Of a DNA stretch of 64,000 bases, positions 1 through 14,570 are shown one piece after another. Numbering within the stretch: position 1 is the stretch's first letter; every line of letters starts with the position of its first letter. The DNA lies in NCBI GenBank assembly GCA_030264375.1, contig JASCQW010000163.1, positions 26,344,967 to 26,408,966 of the forward strand, given 5' to 3'. Origin of the DNA: Carcharhinus longimanus. Lineage: Eukaryota. Both the position numbers and the translations under genes were made by a program. The notes beneath the pieces were generated by a model. It saw nothing but the letters and a program-made list of their open reading frames with translations, searched no databases and was not told the DNA's origin.

Positions 1-1253
1 CTCGGGAATCATCAGTGATTGGAGCTGCCTAGGTCAGTTCAGGGGCAAGTCGGGTGAGGAAATCTGTGATTGGGGGTTGTCAGTGTGGTAAGTCACGNNN
101 NNNNNNNNNNNNNNNNNNNNNNNNNNNNNNNNNNNNNNNNNNNNNNNNNNNNNNNNNNNNNNNNNNGTTAGGCTAGGTTTGTTTCGTTTAGCAATTCCTA
201 AGTAACTCTCCAGGTAAATACCGTGGAACTGTCTGAAGTTCCCAACTCAAACTCAAAGGTGAGGACATTTTCTGAGGGTCATGGGAAGCAGGAGAATTGC
301 TTTTTGGAATTTCAAACTCCCCAAGCAATTCCCACAGAATCCTTGCATTGAGGCAACTGAGCATCTTCCTGATGTGTCCAGTTGCTGGCAATCCAGAGAC
401 CAGGCGATTTGGGCCTATGTTATTTGAATTGTTAGCCATTTAATTCCCCTGTACATTTATATAATACTTCCCATCATTGTGAACTCTCAATTAGGAATTA
501 TCAATAATCTCAAATAAAGGACTGTGTCACTTAAGCAGACACCTGAACCCATTCACAAAATCCCTTTAACTACATGTGCTGTTTAAACATTCCAACATTG
601 AATATATCTCATTGTTAATGATCCACAATGTGCTGATTATAAATTTTTATTTTTAAAAATGTTATTTAACATGAGCCGAAACTGGTCTTTGAAAGGGGTA
701 CTAGTTTTCTGGCTGGAGGGCTTTTCATTTTAATAGACTTGCATTCCTTCCAGTAAACATAAATATTATCAGTGTGAGTAGATAGCTCATAAATTCATCT
801 CCATGTATTCTGAAATTGTGCGCAAGATCTTATTGCAGAGATTACTCTATCTTCTATGTTTTCTTGCGTTTGTGTTCGTCAATGCGAGGATCGACAGTGC
901 TGCAGGAATGAAATGTTTTTACTTTGCACATGTTAACAGCATCGAGCACAGCCAAGAAATATATGAAATGAACTAAATGCAATTAGCAGCTCTTTCTGCA
1001 TTGTTATGACAGTGCACTTAGATTTTATACATACATACAAACAGACGCACACATACACAGTTACATACACAGATGCACACAGGCACACACATTCAGTATT
1101 AATATAACTTTTGCATCTCTTGCACAATTTGTTGTCATTCAAATTCACAAATTATACAAGATCTGAGAACAAGTTTCTGCTGTGGACTTGATACCGACCA
1201 TTTCACTTTGGAGAAAATAAATACTTGTCCCTTCTGATTAAGCTAAATTAATT

Positions 1254-1297
1254 AAAGTTGTCCCTTAACCTTAAATTAATGGTTAAGGGACAACTTT
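1254..1297. repeat. Perfect 17-bp inverted repeat with a 10-nt loop
   Basis: AAAGTTGTCCCTTAACC-ttaaattaat-GGTTAAGGGACAACTTT. Confidence 0.95.
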
Positions 1298-3969
1298 CAA
1301 TATACAACTTCCTCATAAAGTTTTAATAAGAAATATCTTTTAACCATTGCTCTATTAATTGCACCATTTCCCCAAAATGTCACTATTTGCAGCATAGGAC
1401 TTATTTTAGGTAGTGCTTAAATTCTATTTGAAACTAATGCTTCCTTTTTAGCAGCCTGTTATAAATTTAGGGATGATTTATTGAATTCTGACTTTGCTGG
1501 TCTCTGTCCTCAGACCTTGGACTGTTCTGTGACTATAACCACAGATCAAGGGAAGGAATGTGTAAACAAGAAACTTTAACATTCCATTTGGTTAATTGAT
1601 CCCAAATGCTGTCTTACATTGACTACTAGCACATACGCATTTTTCTCCATTTATTTATTTATGTTTCCTGATCAACAGCATTTACGAATCCTCGGTTGCT
1701 TGGTGTTACCCAGCCGTCCATCCAAAAATATCTTGGAAGTAAATAAAGAAGCATCAGCACCCTTTTCTCTGTGTTCTTGTTCCTAGATTAAGTCTTTCCC
1801 TATCAACATAACAGCTGAACCAAAGAAGCCCTGACATGTGAATGCACAGAGACATGTAGGTTTGCCAACTCTGGTTGGTATTCCTGAAGGGTTCATCGCA
1901 TAATCTCTTGCTCCAATCACCCCACTCAGTTAAACAGCTTTCTTGAAAAGCAAGCCCTTTCCTAGCTAATAAACAAAAGTGAAAAATGCACACGTTTTTA
2001 ACACTTCAATGGTTTTTGCTCTTGAGATTCATGGAGATGAATATTTCATTCCTGAAGACTCCAGGGCAATCCAGGATGGTTGCGAACCCTAGAGACCAAA
2101 AAGGTCCAAAGAACTTATTTGGTTCAATTTAACATAGTGAAAATAAACACTTGAACAAATTCGAGTAATGTTGGTCTAATGAAAAATCTGCAGAATATCT
2201 AATGAATTAATTTTCTGATTCCAGATAAGTGCAAGAGGTATCATTTACTTATACATACACTGATATAATCATATTCATATTTTGCATTAAATATTGATCA
2301 TTCTGTGCACAGTAATTCAGGTGCAATCTCTGGCTTTTCTGAAACTTGTCTGGAAGTACCAACAGGCATACATTCTAGAATGCCTGCCATCAGTGGCCAT
2401 TGCTTCTGAATCCCTGAAGTCCTCATTAGAATGAAGCTGCCTCAAATTAGATCTACAAACTCAAACAATCTTTCATCTCTTTTGAATACTTGTGGAAGTA
2501 TTTTTGTTTCCTGGTAACTTCTATTGTGTCCAGCATTCTGTGACTAAACCCGAGAGAGAACAAAGTAAACCAAGAGACAATTACTTTCCTGCATCATATT
2601 TTTAAAGAAAATCTGGCAATTACTGCTATAAAGCTGCTTTTGACCATAAATAAAGATTTAAGTTTGATTTAGGATATATCCAAACTGACAGAGTCTGTGA
2701 TCTGCACATGGATTGCTAAGATATATAACTAAGAACTAAGGAAACCACAAATGATTTTGCTGTGGCTTAAAACATATTATCTAAACCATTTTATCCATTA
2801 TACCTATGAAGACAAGTTTTCTTTACTAGGTCCTGAGTTCCCGTCTGTATACATTCATACTTTAACATTTTCAGTATAATGCAGGAAAGTAAATCATTGC
2901 TGCTTGAGAACAGCAGCTCCTTAAAAAAGACAACTTATAAACAACATTTTAAAAAATGCTCAACCTGAAATATTGTGAATGAAATAATACTGTATCCCAA
3001 AGCTATTTATGTAGAGGGACATGCATTCAAAGCATGTTTATCTGCCTTTACCACATATGATTCCTGTCAAGGTACACGATAATGCAGTATGACATTAACT
3101 TCTAATGCACTGCGTTTGTTACTGGCCGGCTCAGAGACTAGAGAACTTATTCCCATGGCTTCCAATTTTCTGTGACAGTGAGCATGGAATAAGAAGTCAT
3201 TTTTTTAAAATCTCATAGCTTGATCTGATTGTGTTTCGAGCTTTCTATGATACGTTTAACTTTAGCTCTTGCCCTGGTTAGGTCTTCAGTTTTGTGGGTC
3301 TTGCTGAATGCTAAAAATGTGACCATTTTGAAAATGCAGAGTACTGGAAACCTGTTAACATACAGCTAAGTCTTTGTTAACTAAATATTTTGATTGCAGT
3401 TTCACAATACAGTATCCAACCAACATAGCTTGAAAGTTCCAAGCTACAAAGGAATCCAGTGCTCATAAAGCAAAAGAACTGCAGGAGGTTTAAATAAGCC
3501 AGCATCTAATACCCTTAAACAATCAAATTAGTTTGTTTGTGTTAGAACTCAAATTGTCTGGAACATTTGCCAAACAAGCCCTTCAGACTCAATACATTAT
3601 CACATTGTTTTTTGAAATATCTCAGTCGTGTAGACAATTGCATATGAAAATTTAATTGCTTAAAGGCATGATGGTTAACTGATGTTTATTCTCTATCTTT
3701 GCTGTTTGAAGACTGCAGCAGTGATCTGACAACCTAAAACAGGAATACAGTAAATAATGCCTTGTACTTTCTCTCCTCTGGCAGCTTACTGTTGATATCC
3801 TTAATATGGCTCTTTGAATGTTAACATTCAATGATAATTTACTACCTCCTGTATATAGGAATATTGTAAGGTTAATGTGATGGAATTGATAATTCGTCAT
3901 TTTATGCACTAATTTTAATCTGATGTTAACAAGTCATTTTGGTCACCATTAGCAGCCCTGCATCCAACT

Positions 3970-4176
3970 GCTAGGTACCAAACTTTGAAATTCTCTCCCT
4001 GAACCTTACAGCCTCACCATCTCTCTCTGTCGTCCTTTAATACCCACCAAGCTTTTGGTCACTTATCCGCATATGCTACATGGCTAGGCATTAAATTGTA
4101 CCTGATAGCATTCCTCCAAAGTGCTTTAGAATGTTTTGCTTCTTTCAAGGCACTATATAAAGCAAATTGTTGTTAC
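3970..4176 (+). mobile_element. Degenerate L2-like LINE 3' end
   Basis: aattctctccctgaacc...ccaagcttttggtcac...aaggcactatataaagcaaattgttgtt resembles the shark L2-type 3' tail (recalled consensus aaggcgctatataaatgcaagttgttgtt). Confidence 0.65.
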
Positions 4177-7100
4177 TGTTGTGAAAGTCCAGTGTGGAAA
4201 ACATTTTAGCCTGATTCTGAGTGGACAGAGACCCACAAATTAAAATTTAGTACAATTGCTGTGAAGTTGTTTAGAGAGACCAAGCAATAGCTATTGTGCA
4301 AAGTGGGAATACATCACACTGGTGTAATTGGACATGCTCTTCTAAACTGGGTCCAGATGCACATTATTGGACAGGCAGTAGGGAGCTGTATTCTTTATCA
4401 CAACACCCTGAGCATTGGTGCTGACATTGGTTCCCGAAATGGAAAGTTATTGCACGAGCTAAAATTTTTGCTTCATGATCAGAAAATAACTGTTTTGGAA
4501 CATGTCCCAAGGAGCTTCTCTGGGGGTCCTTTCCATGATGAATGTGATGACCATTACTTTGGAATGATGGACATTGTAAATGTCTGCATTACAAACAAGG
4601 AAAGGAACTGGGACTGGGTTCAAAAGTACATTCCAAGACCAATATGTCTGACACATATCATTTGATGATCCCAAGGTGTACAAAGAATACAAAAAAATTG
4701 AATGTAATTAAAGAGTATTGAGAGAGGGACAACAAGAAGTCTCATAAATATATACTGGAGTATCTAGTAAAATGAACAAACATATCCAGCTGGATTGAAA
4801 TCACTGCTGAACATTCAGAATGTTATCTGCGTTTAAAAGTTCAAATATTTTATTTGATATTTACTGTCCAAAGATAATGGAATCTATTTACATTCCACAA
4901 TATACCAAAATATATATGTAGATGTATGGAATTTTTCCATGTTTTTTCATGAAGAATTTTTTTAAAAAGATTTTCATTGATCTATGGAGATAGGAACTTG
5001 TTCAAAGTTATTGAAATAAAGCTATACCAATCTTTTAGAAAACTGTCCAAGGTAAATAATTTTTGCTAATATACATTGAAGAGAAAAGTCACTTAAGTTT
5101 CTGAATGTTTTGCAATGTTCCTTGGCATAAGAAATGTCAGCAGAAATGTGTGCTTAAATTGTCATTTTAATTACTGACTGTGCCATGGACAAGGATATAA
5201 TTTTAATTACCGATTATACCATGGACAATAACTTTTTTTTCAATGAAATATCAAATGGTACTTTACGTCGCTTTGGTCCTAATGGAATTCTGGCAGGGAC
5301 ACTGATAAAGAACAGGCTGATTACTGACATATTGGTCTTCAAAGGTATTCAAAACTGCAAAGTATACGATGTGCAACTTAAATCGAAGTGTTGCAATATT
5401 ATGATCAGCGGTCACACAGAATAGACTTTCTTCTTAGCACATGCTGCTGGCCCCAGGCTGTATTTCACTGTCCAAATATTGCTCAACAATGGAATTCAGC
5501 ATCCTTCAATTTCATTACGACCAAACTTCCGGTTATACCTAATTTGTTATTTTACACTTCTCTCTTCTATAACACGCTTTTGTTACTAAGGATTGTTGTT
5601 TGAAATTAAAGCATTACCTTTTTTTCGCATTATTATCCAAACAACATGGCGGGACTGCAAAAGTGCAGCTTTGCAAGTAATTTAACTATTTCATAATTCA
5701 TGCTTTATTTTACTTTTCTAAGCAAAATATTTGAATGCAATCATCCTCTTCATTGCATGCTAAATGTAAACAAACTTATTATTTCACACATTCGTGCATA
5801 TGGGAAATTCAATTGCAAAATTAACATTCATTAGTTTTGCAGATGAGATATAGCCAGGGATGTATTAGGCTTGTAATTTGGTGGATGAATGGGGACATGT
5901 TGAACCAGTTTAAATTCTGCATGGCTGTAACACTTACTATGGTTAAACACGTCGCTTTCAAATGTAAAAAGGATTGCATAATAATTAGATTATCCCATGA
6001 GTGAAATTTCCGAACTGAAGTTCAACAATTTAAGAGGAGAACATATTGAATCTTCCGCCCCTAGTGACAGATTGACATTGACCCCACCTTGCCTCGATAA
6101 GAATGGAAAGAAATTTCACAGGTGCGATATCCTCTAATGCTTTATGTGAGAAAATGGGTCAGTTTACGGACTATGACCAATTTCATTACTGTATCCAAAT
6201 TGACTCAAGTTGGCCAGAGACTCTGAGATGGGACAGGAAGTCGATTGTTAAAGTGCTGGAAATACATTGCCTGGTTTCTGAAATAATCAGACTACAGTCA
6301 GATTTAATTAATTAGATTAAAACTGGAGTATCAAGGAAAATGCAATTGGCATTTTAACCAGGCATGGTGCAGTCTAGAATGGTTCCTCTTCTTCGGAGAA
6401 GTCGGGCACGCAATCCTGAGAACAAATAAAGAAATGTTTATTGTATAATCGAGTTCACCATCTTAAAACATAATAGCTCATTATAGAATAACTGTGGAGG
6501 TAAATAGATATTGCATTACGATAAAGCCACAGAAAATACATGTGGGACACCTTCCTTGGTGTTTCTGCCTCCCTTTGGGCAATCCCATTGATCTAATCTT
6601 GCACCTGTTAAATAAATTGTATAAAGAGGTGATCGCGGGCTCCATAATTTTAACGCAACAATCCAGAAGCACATTTCACAATTTGCAACTGATGCACATC
6701 CACGCTCTTAAGTATTAAAGCGTGCTGTAAATTGGCAGACGATTATCTTTATAAGAACCCAGCATAAGGCGACCTCGACCTTAAATATATCGATGTTTTA
6801 AAACCTGTCGTTTTTAAACAAAATCTTGTCATTGCATGTACCTCTGATAACATCTTACATTTTCATTTCAAGTGAGGGCCAAGTGCAATTTGGGCTAAAG
6901 AGGCTGGTCGGATACTGCAAAGGAAGCCTGCTCTCTAAAGAATATGTGACCATTTTTAAAATAAAATACTTCAGCACAGCTAAAACATCCCTGGCATTTG
7001 CCAAATGTATTCGTTTCTTTCCANNNNNNNNNNTTGGGAGAGAGAGAAAAGACGTATGTTCCAGCTTTAAATGAACCATGGTCAGAATGATATTTGAGTC

Positions 7101-8374
7101 AACATAGTTGGACAAAAAAAAAGCTGCATTCAATGCCCAATTTGCAATGAAGTCTCAGATTTGTGTATAATGAATTCGAGTACTGTACTGTTAAGTAATC
7201 CTTCTCTGTTATATTGCATTCTGTGCCAAAATCTCAGCAATACAAATTGCATTTATTCAAGGCTTTCTATTAAGTTATAAAGCTTCACATTCGCACAAAA
7301 TATCCCATTTTCCATTGTGATCGCTAATCCAAACAGATGTGATACAATTGCTTTTATTTGTGCCCAATCAGGAATATGTGAAAGGCGCAAACATGTTTGG
7401 AGGTGAAGTGATGCGCTGAATTAAACTACAGTTTAACTTTCCATGCTTGATTTTTTTTTCTTCCCCCTGCCCTAATCACTTGCTAAGTCAACAGTTATAT
7501 GGAGGTCGTTGCAAAGCTAGAGGGCAGGACCAACGCATCTTAAAGCAACATTTTACAATGGATCTCAGACCCTATTCACTATCTGTCATGGAATCAATTA
7601 GCTAGACTCACAACACTNNNNNNNNNNNNNNNNNNNNNNNNNNNNNNNNNNNNNNNNNNNNNNNNNNNNNNNNNNNNNNNNNNNNNNNNNNNNNNNNNNN
7701 NNNNNNNNNNNNNNNNNNNNNNNNNNNNNNNNNNNNNNNNNNNNNNNNNNNNNNNNNNNNNNNNNNNNNNNNNNNNNNNNNNNNNNNNNNNNNNNNNNNN
7801 NNNNNNNNNNNNNNNNNNNNNNNNNNNNNNNNNNNNNNNNNNNNNNNNNNNNNNNNNNNNNNNNNNNNNNNNNNNNNNNNNNNNNNNNNNNNNNNNNNNN
7901 NNNNNNNNNNNNNNNNNNNNNNNNNNNNNNNNNNNNNNNNNNNNNNNNNNNNNNNNNNNNNNNNNNNNNNNNNNNNNNNNNNNNNNNNNNNNNNNNNNNN
8001 NNNNNNNNNNNNNNNNNNNNNNNNNNNNNNNNNNNNNNNNNNNNNNNNNNNNNNNNNNNNNNNNNNNNNNNNNNNNCGATTTGAATGATGCTGGCTTAGA
8101 ATTAAAGGGTAAGCATAATATTTCAAATAAAGCAACGGGAATGGGGCGGGGGTGGGGGGGGGGGGGGTGTGGAGGAGGTGGTGGTGGTGTGGTGCTTATC
8201 CATTTGACATAAATGCAAGGTTTGCCCGAAACAAGAAGTCAAAAGTAGCTCCGTTTGGAACAGACATGCTTTAATTATCTCACGAAGCTGATTTCCTACA
8301 CAACATAATTTCAGATTTTGGAGAGGGTGGGGGAAAAAATACTAATTAAATCTAGTATCCGAGGACTGGAGATG

Positions 8375-8695
8375 TTTGATAACTAAAATCTTCATCAGCA
8401 ATTTATCTTCCTGCAGCATAAATTTGCTGCAAAGCTGTGCTTTCATAGCTCTGACGAGTCCTATTAATCTTCTTCACCAAGTTTTCGATAGGAGTCTAGA
8501 GCTATTTGCGCCATGTGATCTGCTAACATCTAAATTGTCATCTAGAAGGGCAGAAGGGAGCTTCCAGCTTGAGCTACTCCGCCTGCACGGTCCCAGGAAG
8601 AGCATAAATAACATAGAATGCCAGATCTATTTAATTCGAATTGATCAATACTTTAATATTACACGGAAATGTTACGTGTAATTTAAGTGTCATGG
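8375..8695. promoter_or_regulatory. Candidate conserved non-coding element
   Basis: High-complexity block rich in TAAT/TGTCA/ATAAA motifs and bounded by low-complexity G-runs, typical of CNEs near developmental genes. Conservation not tested. Confidence 0.4.
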
Positions 8696-9439
8696 TGGGT
8701 GGGGGGTTGTGGAGGGACTCTTCAGGCTAGGTCACTTGATGTCCACAACATTATAGAGAAATGCAGAAACAAAACTTAGCTATTATGCACCATGGAGATT
8801 TATTGATCAACTAGTCCGTTTATGTGCCAACATATTAGCTGGAATAATTAGGAAGAGACAAGATTTCAGCAAGTAACTCTGGGCAATGGGATCAAGTAAT
8901 TAAGTTGCTTGCATTAGGGAAGAATAAGGGGGGCTGTGGGTGGGAGCTCGCTCCTAGCCAGTCACTTCAGATAGCAGGACGTTTTGAGTCATTTTTTGTT
9001 AAATGACCAAAAATGGGGTTTGATAAATTTGCCTGTATCAGCGTATTGTTCCGTTTTGTTCACACTCTGTTATATAATGTCAAGAATCCCTTCCGATCCA
9101 ATAGTTATTCGAAAATAAGTTGAACATGAAAAATATATGCCAAACTTTAAAGTGACTGATTTTGCATTTGGCATGTAAATAGTGTCAGGAATAGGTGGTT
9201 TACACAAACGCCTTTGTTGCTGAATTATAAACAAGCACCCACAGACATAATAAATTTGAATGTAAAGTTCTGATCAGATAGCTAACAGTCATTTTATGGA
9301 GATAGGAAATCACAGTGTAACCCTATTGCAATGTCACGCCACGGCAGAGTCAAACGTATCTCTTACTATTATCTCCCTTACGAACTACATCTACTTTGGT
9401 TGTAAAGAGGAGAGGGAAGGGGGAAAAGGAAGAGATAGA

Positions 9440-9870
9440 AAAATGCTGGCGTTCTGCCTAAAGAGAAATCATTGAAACAAATTAATCCTTCGCCGGTTAA
9501 ATTGACATGGCAATCCATCATCTCAGAGCCAGCCTCTGAAAGCAATCTACTGGCTGCATGTTCTCAGATTGGCCCGGAGGGCACAGAGACAGATAGAGAA
9601 GGGGAAAGAAGGGGNNNNNNNGGGGGCGGGGGGGGGGGGAGCACGCCTGTAGCCTGCACCTTTAAATGAACAACAAAGTGTTTATGGAAGAAATGCGAGG
9701 ACAATAAAAGAAACCTAAAAGTTAAAGCAGCACCCACGTCGGTGATTAATGGAAGTTAAAACGAACACTGAAACTGACTGTTCACAGAGGAAGACAAGAT
9801 AGACAGCAGGTGAAATGTCTGCTCCCCACATCTTGTGTAAACAATATGGTACTTTGGTTAAAAAAAGTGA
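9440..9870. promoter_or_regulatory. Candidate enhancer block(s)
   Basis: ATTAAT, TTGACA, reverse CCAAT, E-box CAGGTG and TGTAAACAAT (Fox/Sox). Shares two motifs with the 46.1 kb element. Confidence 0.4.
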
Positions 9871-11450
9871 CACTGTCCCAGAAGCGTTAATTAATAGCAA
9901 AACTGAAGTTTTTTTTGAAAAAAATGAAGCGGTTAGGACATCTATCCATCTTTTAACACATAAAATAAGCATAGAATAATCATATTTCAAAATAAGCCAT
10001 AAAATGTCAGTTATCTAAAAGCTGAATTGGAACCAGTTGCAAACAAGGGAAACCCCAACTGATTGACTAACAAATAGGAGTGAGGGGAGAATGCAAATCT
10101 AATTTCGCACCTATATTACTGCGGTCTTGTTGAATTTGGGGTGGGGTGGTCTGGAGGGGGTGGGGGAGACTAATCATTTGCTGTAATACTTTATTGACGG
10201 CTGGACCCAGGTTTAGCACAAACTTGTAAACGTCGCGCTAAGAGATCGCCGAATTCGAGAGGTGTGTGAAGTTGTGTGGCGAGGAAAGGCTATCCGGGGA
10301 CGCGAGTAAAAGCCTTTAAACAATATATTAAGAGGAAAGCTGTAGAACCCTAGCGTTTCCCCAATAATTAAAGCGGACAGTGACAAATTGGTTTACATCG
10401 GTAATACAAATCGTGTCTGCAGCAGTCTAGAAGCAAGTACCAAAGTTTAAAAAAAACAGCTTTTCGTAGTAGTTTTTTTTGTTCTGAAGAAAAGTTGAAT
10501 TCTCTGCGCTCCAAATAAATGTGCCTGTTTCTATTGTCCAGCCAAGACCAGACTGGACATATATTCACGACACAAATGCCTCTATTAAATTCTATTTGCT
10601 CTCCGTCCCTAACCCCAAACTCAGTCCTTACAATATCCATCACTCTGTTACCCAAACTTTTACTTTCTCCGCCTCAAATCATCTTTCTGACACCCCCTGT
10701 TGACAGCTCTTGTTTCTTGTTTGTTTCTGGGGGTCGGTGAGTATCGATCCCATTGCTTCGCTACCTTTCAGCATCATTCATCCTTGCAGCGTGAGCGAGT
10801 GCAAAGTGCGTCGCAAGTTGGGGTCGGTTAAAGGAAGCATTCGAAATGGACTTGAAGTCAGAAATCTGCATGAGCTGCCAATTGCCATTTGTAACCTGGG
10901 TCGGAAAATGTGCGGATTCTTACTGTGAATCAGTGTATAAACATGCAATGTGTAAGGAAAGGCGAGAGGAATCTCTTGTGCAAACAATGATTGCAAAAAA
11001 AAACTACCCGACTAAACAAAAATCAGCAAAATTCACAACCTGCGATTTCACAAGAAATCAAACACTTGTCAACTATTTCTGAAATTCTAATAGCCCCGAT
11101 CTCTACCCAGTTTTCAGCTAGTCTTGTCATTTAATCCTCTATTGTCTGGTATCCTCTCATCAGACCATATCCCAGAGAAGTTTATCACCAGAGAACTATA
11201 CTATTTCCCCTCTCTCCAGCCAACGAAACGCCAGTGAGTTTCTAACAGGACCCTCTCCTGGTCTAAAGCTTTCCGCCTCCCCTTCAAACTCTATCAGATG
11301 TGTTTTACGTGTTCATTAGCCTGGTTAACCTTTGCTATATCTTGGGCCGGGATGGGTTAATCAGGGCAACACCGTGAGGCCTGGGGTCAGAGGCGACCAT
11401 CTTGAGCTTGGAGTGTGGGATTTTTGCTGGAAGGTGAGGGTGCATGCATC

Positions 11451-11457
11451 CTCTCTT

Positions 11458-11491
<34 letters not shown>

Positions 11492-11503
11492 TCTTTCTCT
11501 CTC
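11451..11503. repeat. (CT)n(CA)n compound microsatellite
   Basis: Directly visible. Confidence 0.9.
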
Positions 11504-14329
11504 TATCACTATCATCCTCTCCACCTGCAGCTCTCAGTTTATCTCCAGGGAGTGCAAAACAGGAGATGACACTCTACAAATCGCTAATTAGACTTTCCCA
11601 GATACCTCGGGATGCGGTTTGCCTTTTCGCTTCTATGCGGCTTTATAGCTAAATATAGATAGAAGCTTAATTTATTTAAAAATGTTAACACGCAGCTTTG
11701 CTTCGGCATCCTGCTGTTTTTTAAGTGTATCTATTTACATCAATGTTATGACACCTAGTATTTATCTGTGTATATGCATTGGAATGTATAGATATACTGT
11801 GTTCCTATATTTTTTCATCCTTTCCTTTTTTTTGTATTTACATTTCAGCCAAATGGTAGATGTTATTCACTAATACTGGAAGCTAACACTGACACCTCTT
11901 GTCCTTTCTCGTTCCTTTCCCATAATTTTCTATGGCAGCCTGCTTTTTTTAAATATATATCCTTAACACTGCACTTTCCCCACCGTCTGAAATCACCTCC
12001 TAATCAGTGTCTATCGATTTTCGCACCTCTTTTTATCCGGTTATCCCAGCATCTGAAACATGCCTTTAAAACCTCTCTCTCTTTACACACAGTGATTTAC
12101 CCCCTTGCTCTCTGCTCACCAGCGGAAAAAAACAATCGATATGCCCGTGTTATTTGTGTGTGATCAGTAAATATTTGGTCTGGTGACATCTTCAGCTTTC
12201 CTCCCAATCGATACAGGACCCAATAGGAGGCGTGCTGCAATCTGTAGACAACTACTGTCTCCATGGTGTACCTTTCTAGCCCTTCTCGTTTTCTCTCTCT
12301 CTCTCTTTCTCTTCCTGCTCTTCTGTTAAGATCAATTTCTTCTTGACTCAACCCCTGAGTCACGCCCAGTATCCCTTTAATGCGACACGATTGTTAATAA
12401 GCTAGTTGTCTTGTTATCATCAACTTTCCATTCATAAAACGGAGTGACTTATTAAGTCTAGAGCGTACATAATCACTTAATAGCACAAGTATTGGCGCTA
12501 ACCTGATTTCTCTAATGCCATGCATTCACAGGACACCCCGGCAATGCAATGTTGTGCTTATCTTCAACAATACCATACATTTTATATCGGTGTTAGTTCT
12601 ATTTTTCAGTTGCAGCAGAGTTCGCACGTCGACCATCATTTGAGTGCCGATGCTTTCTAGAAGTGAAATCAATGAGACATTTTATGTTGAGATTCAACGC
12701 TGCAGTGTTAACTTTTTTTTAACTTATTGACAAGACCTGGGTTACAACCATTGCATCTGACCTTTTAAGTTTCAGCTATCCCTTCCCAATTAGACCACAA
12801 TGTTATTTGCTTACATGTTAAGCGTACGCCGCTGGACTTCACCGCCACCCCTACCCCCCTCCCCGCCACACACACACACACACCTAGTTAACTTTAAAAT
12901 GTATTTCTCTATACGATGCTTAATTGAAACCAAAAGGAAACGTTTTATTTGTTCGAATTGGACAAATTTCAGTTGTGCGCTGCAATTACTTGTTAAGCGG
13001 CGTCCTCACAATGCAACCACAAGTCCTTTGAGAAAGTGCATGAGTTATATATGTCTGCAGACATCAAACACCTAGGACATGTCCAGTTAGGTTTTTATTT
13101 AGCATCATTAACAATTAAAATAGGGTTTCATATACAGGAATGACTTATGTTCAAATGCACTTTAAATTGTTCTCCCTCGTTTAGGCATTTCACTTGCAGG
13201 TTTGCCTCTTATATACCACACAAAAAAAATCAATACATTTCTGATGAGCAAAAGGCGTTTTAAAAACATATACAGATGTATCCATAGAAATGTCTATATC
13301 ATGTTTAGGTTCTCTCACCTATTACTCCATTAAAAATGGTTGTATGGAAAAGTAGTGGAGCGGCTAATACTGGCAAGATCTGGAAGTGCACATATACTTA
13401 ATGATTTAATTGCGGCAGATTCCNNNNNNNNNNNNNNNNNNNNNNNNNNNNNNNNNNNNNNNNNNNNNNNNNNNNNNNNNNNNNNNNNNNNNNNNNNNNN
13501 NNNNNNNNNNNNNNNNNNNNNNNTTCCTACCCTAGAATCCGGAGAGTGAGCAGTATTTAGCTGCAATCAGGCCAGAAATGTTGCACAAGATTTTTCTCTT
13601 GAAAGAGTGCCTATGTGTCCATTGAAGGGCGCTGATCCGAAAAGACAGAGCGGACAAATAAAAATCGATCTGAAGCGACCCTGGCCGTCCTTTTCACACG
13701 ATTCACACACAATCCCCTCTCAACTCTGCCGAGACAAAGGCCCGAGGGCTGGGGGGGGGGGTGGGGGGGGGGTGTTGTGGAGGAGAGATTCTCCACAAGC
13801 TACAGATACCCTTTCCAAAACGCGCAGATAATTTTACACTGGCCACAAACCACATTCTACATCAACAATTCTTCTCAAAACCTCAAAGCAATATTAGCTC
13901 TTAAGTCAGTGCGTTGATGGGGTAAAGAGGGGGGCGGGAGTGAGGTGGGGGGGGGGGAGCGGTTAAGCGTTGGAGAAAATCATCACCTTGGTAATTCTGA
14001 GGCTATGGCAAGTTTGCAGAAGGAATAAACTACAGACAAATAAACTTTGACAACAAGAAAGTTGCCCAAACTCCAGCGAGCACATGAGTCTGATATTATT
14101 TGGGGATGTGTGTTTAAAACAAAAGGTTTTAATTCAATTATTCCTCTCTCTCTTTCTCCATCTCTCTCTCCCCTTCCTCTTACTTAACTAACTCAGGGGC
14201 AAAGCATTTCTGGTTTGAGGCTGAGAGTTCCAAACTAGCTGCTGTACTCTTGCCTTCCACGTTTGCCTCTTTAAAAAAGGAATTAAAGGAAAGGGAATTT
14301 TAGTAAAGAGATGTGGAACTGATCTCAGC

Positions 14330-14570
14330 AAAAGAGTCAAAAATTGCTAAGAGTAATCGCTCTTGTATTGCTCGGGGGGTGCTTTGACCGCTCGCATTCC
14401 GGTGCACTTTGAATAGCTCGGGCAGCAACGCCAGTCCCATAAAGTTTACCACGAGATGGGGCGAAAGTTAAATTGCAAAATCGAAAGTGCTTCACTTGTT
14501 TCTGAGTATGCCAAATGCAAAGCTTCTCGCCAAAGGTTAGCCTTTTCTTTATATAAAAATATATATATCA
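14330..14570 (+). promoter_or_regulatory. Candidate upstream alternative promoter / 5' leader
   Basis: CpG-containing complex block followed by TATATAAAA (about 14550-14558), just upstream of the putative alternative exon. Confidence 0.35.

Noticed and set aside
4294-4665. 123-aa ORF
   Set aside because: Non-ATG start, no family resemblance and no splice context. Part of it may be an old SINE relic, but I cannot support that.
7618-8076. Long X-containing ORFs here and at 13.4, 26.3, 32.6 and 42.6 kb
   Set aside because: Artefacts of translating through N gaps.
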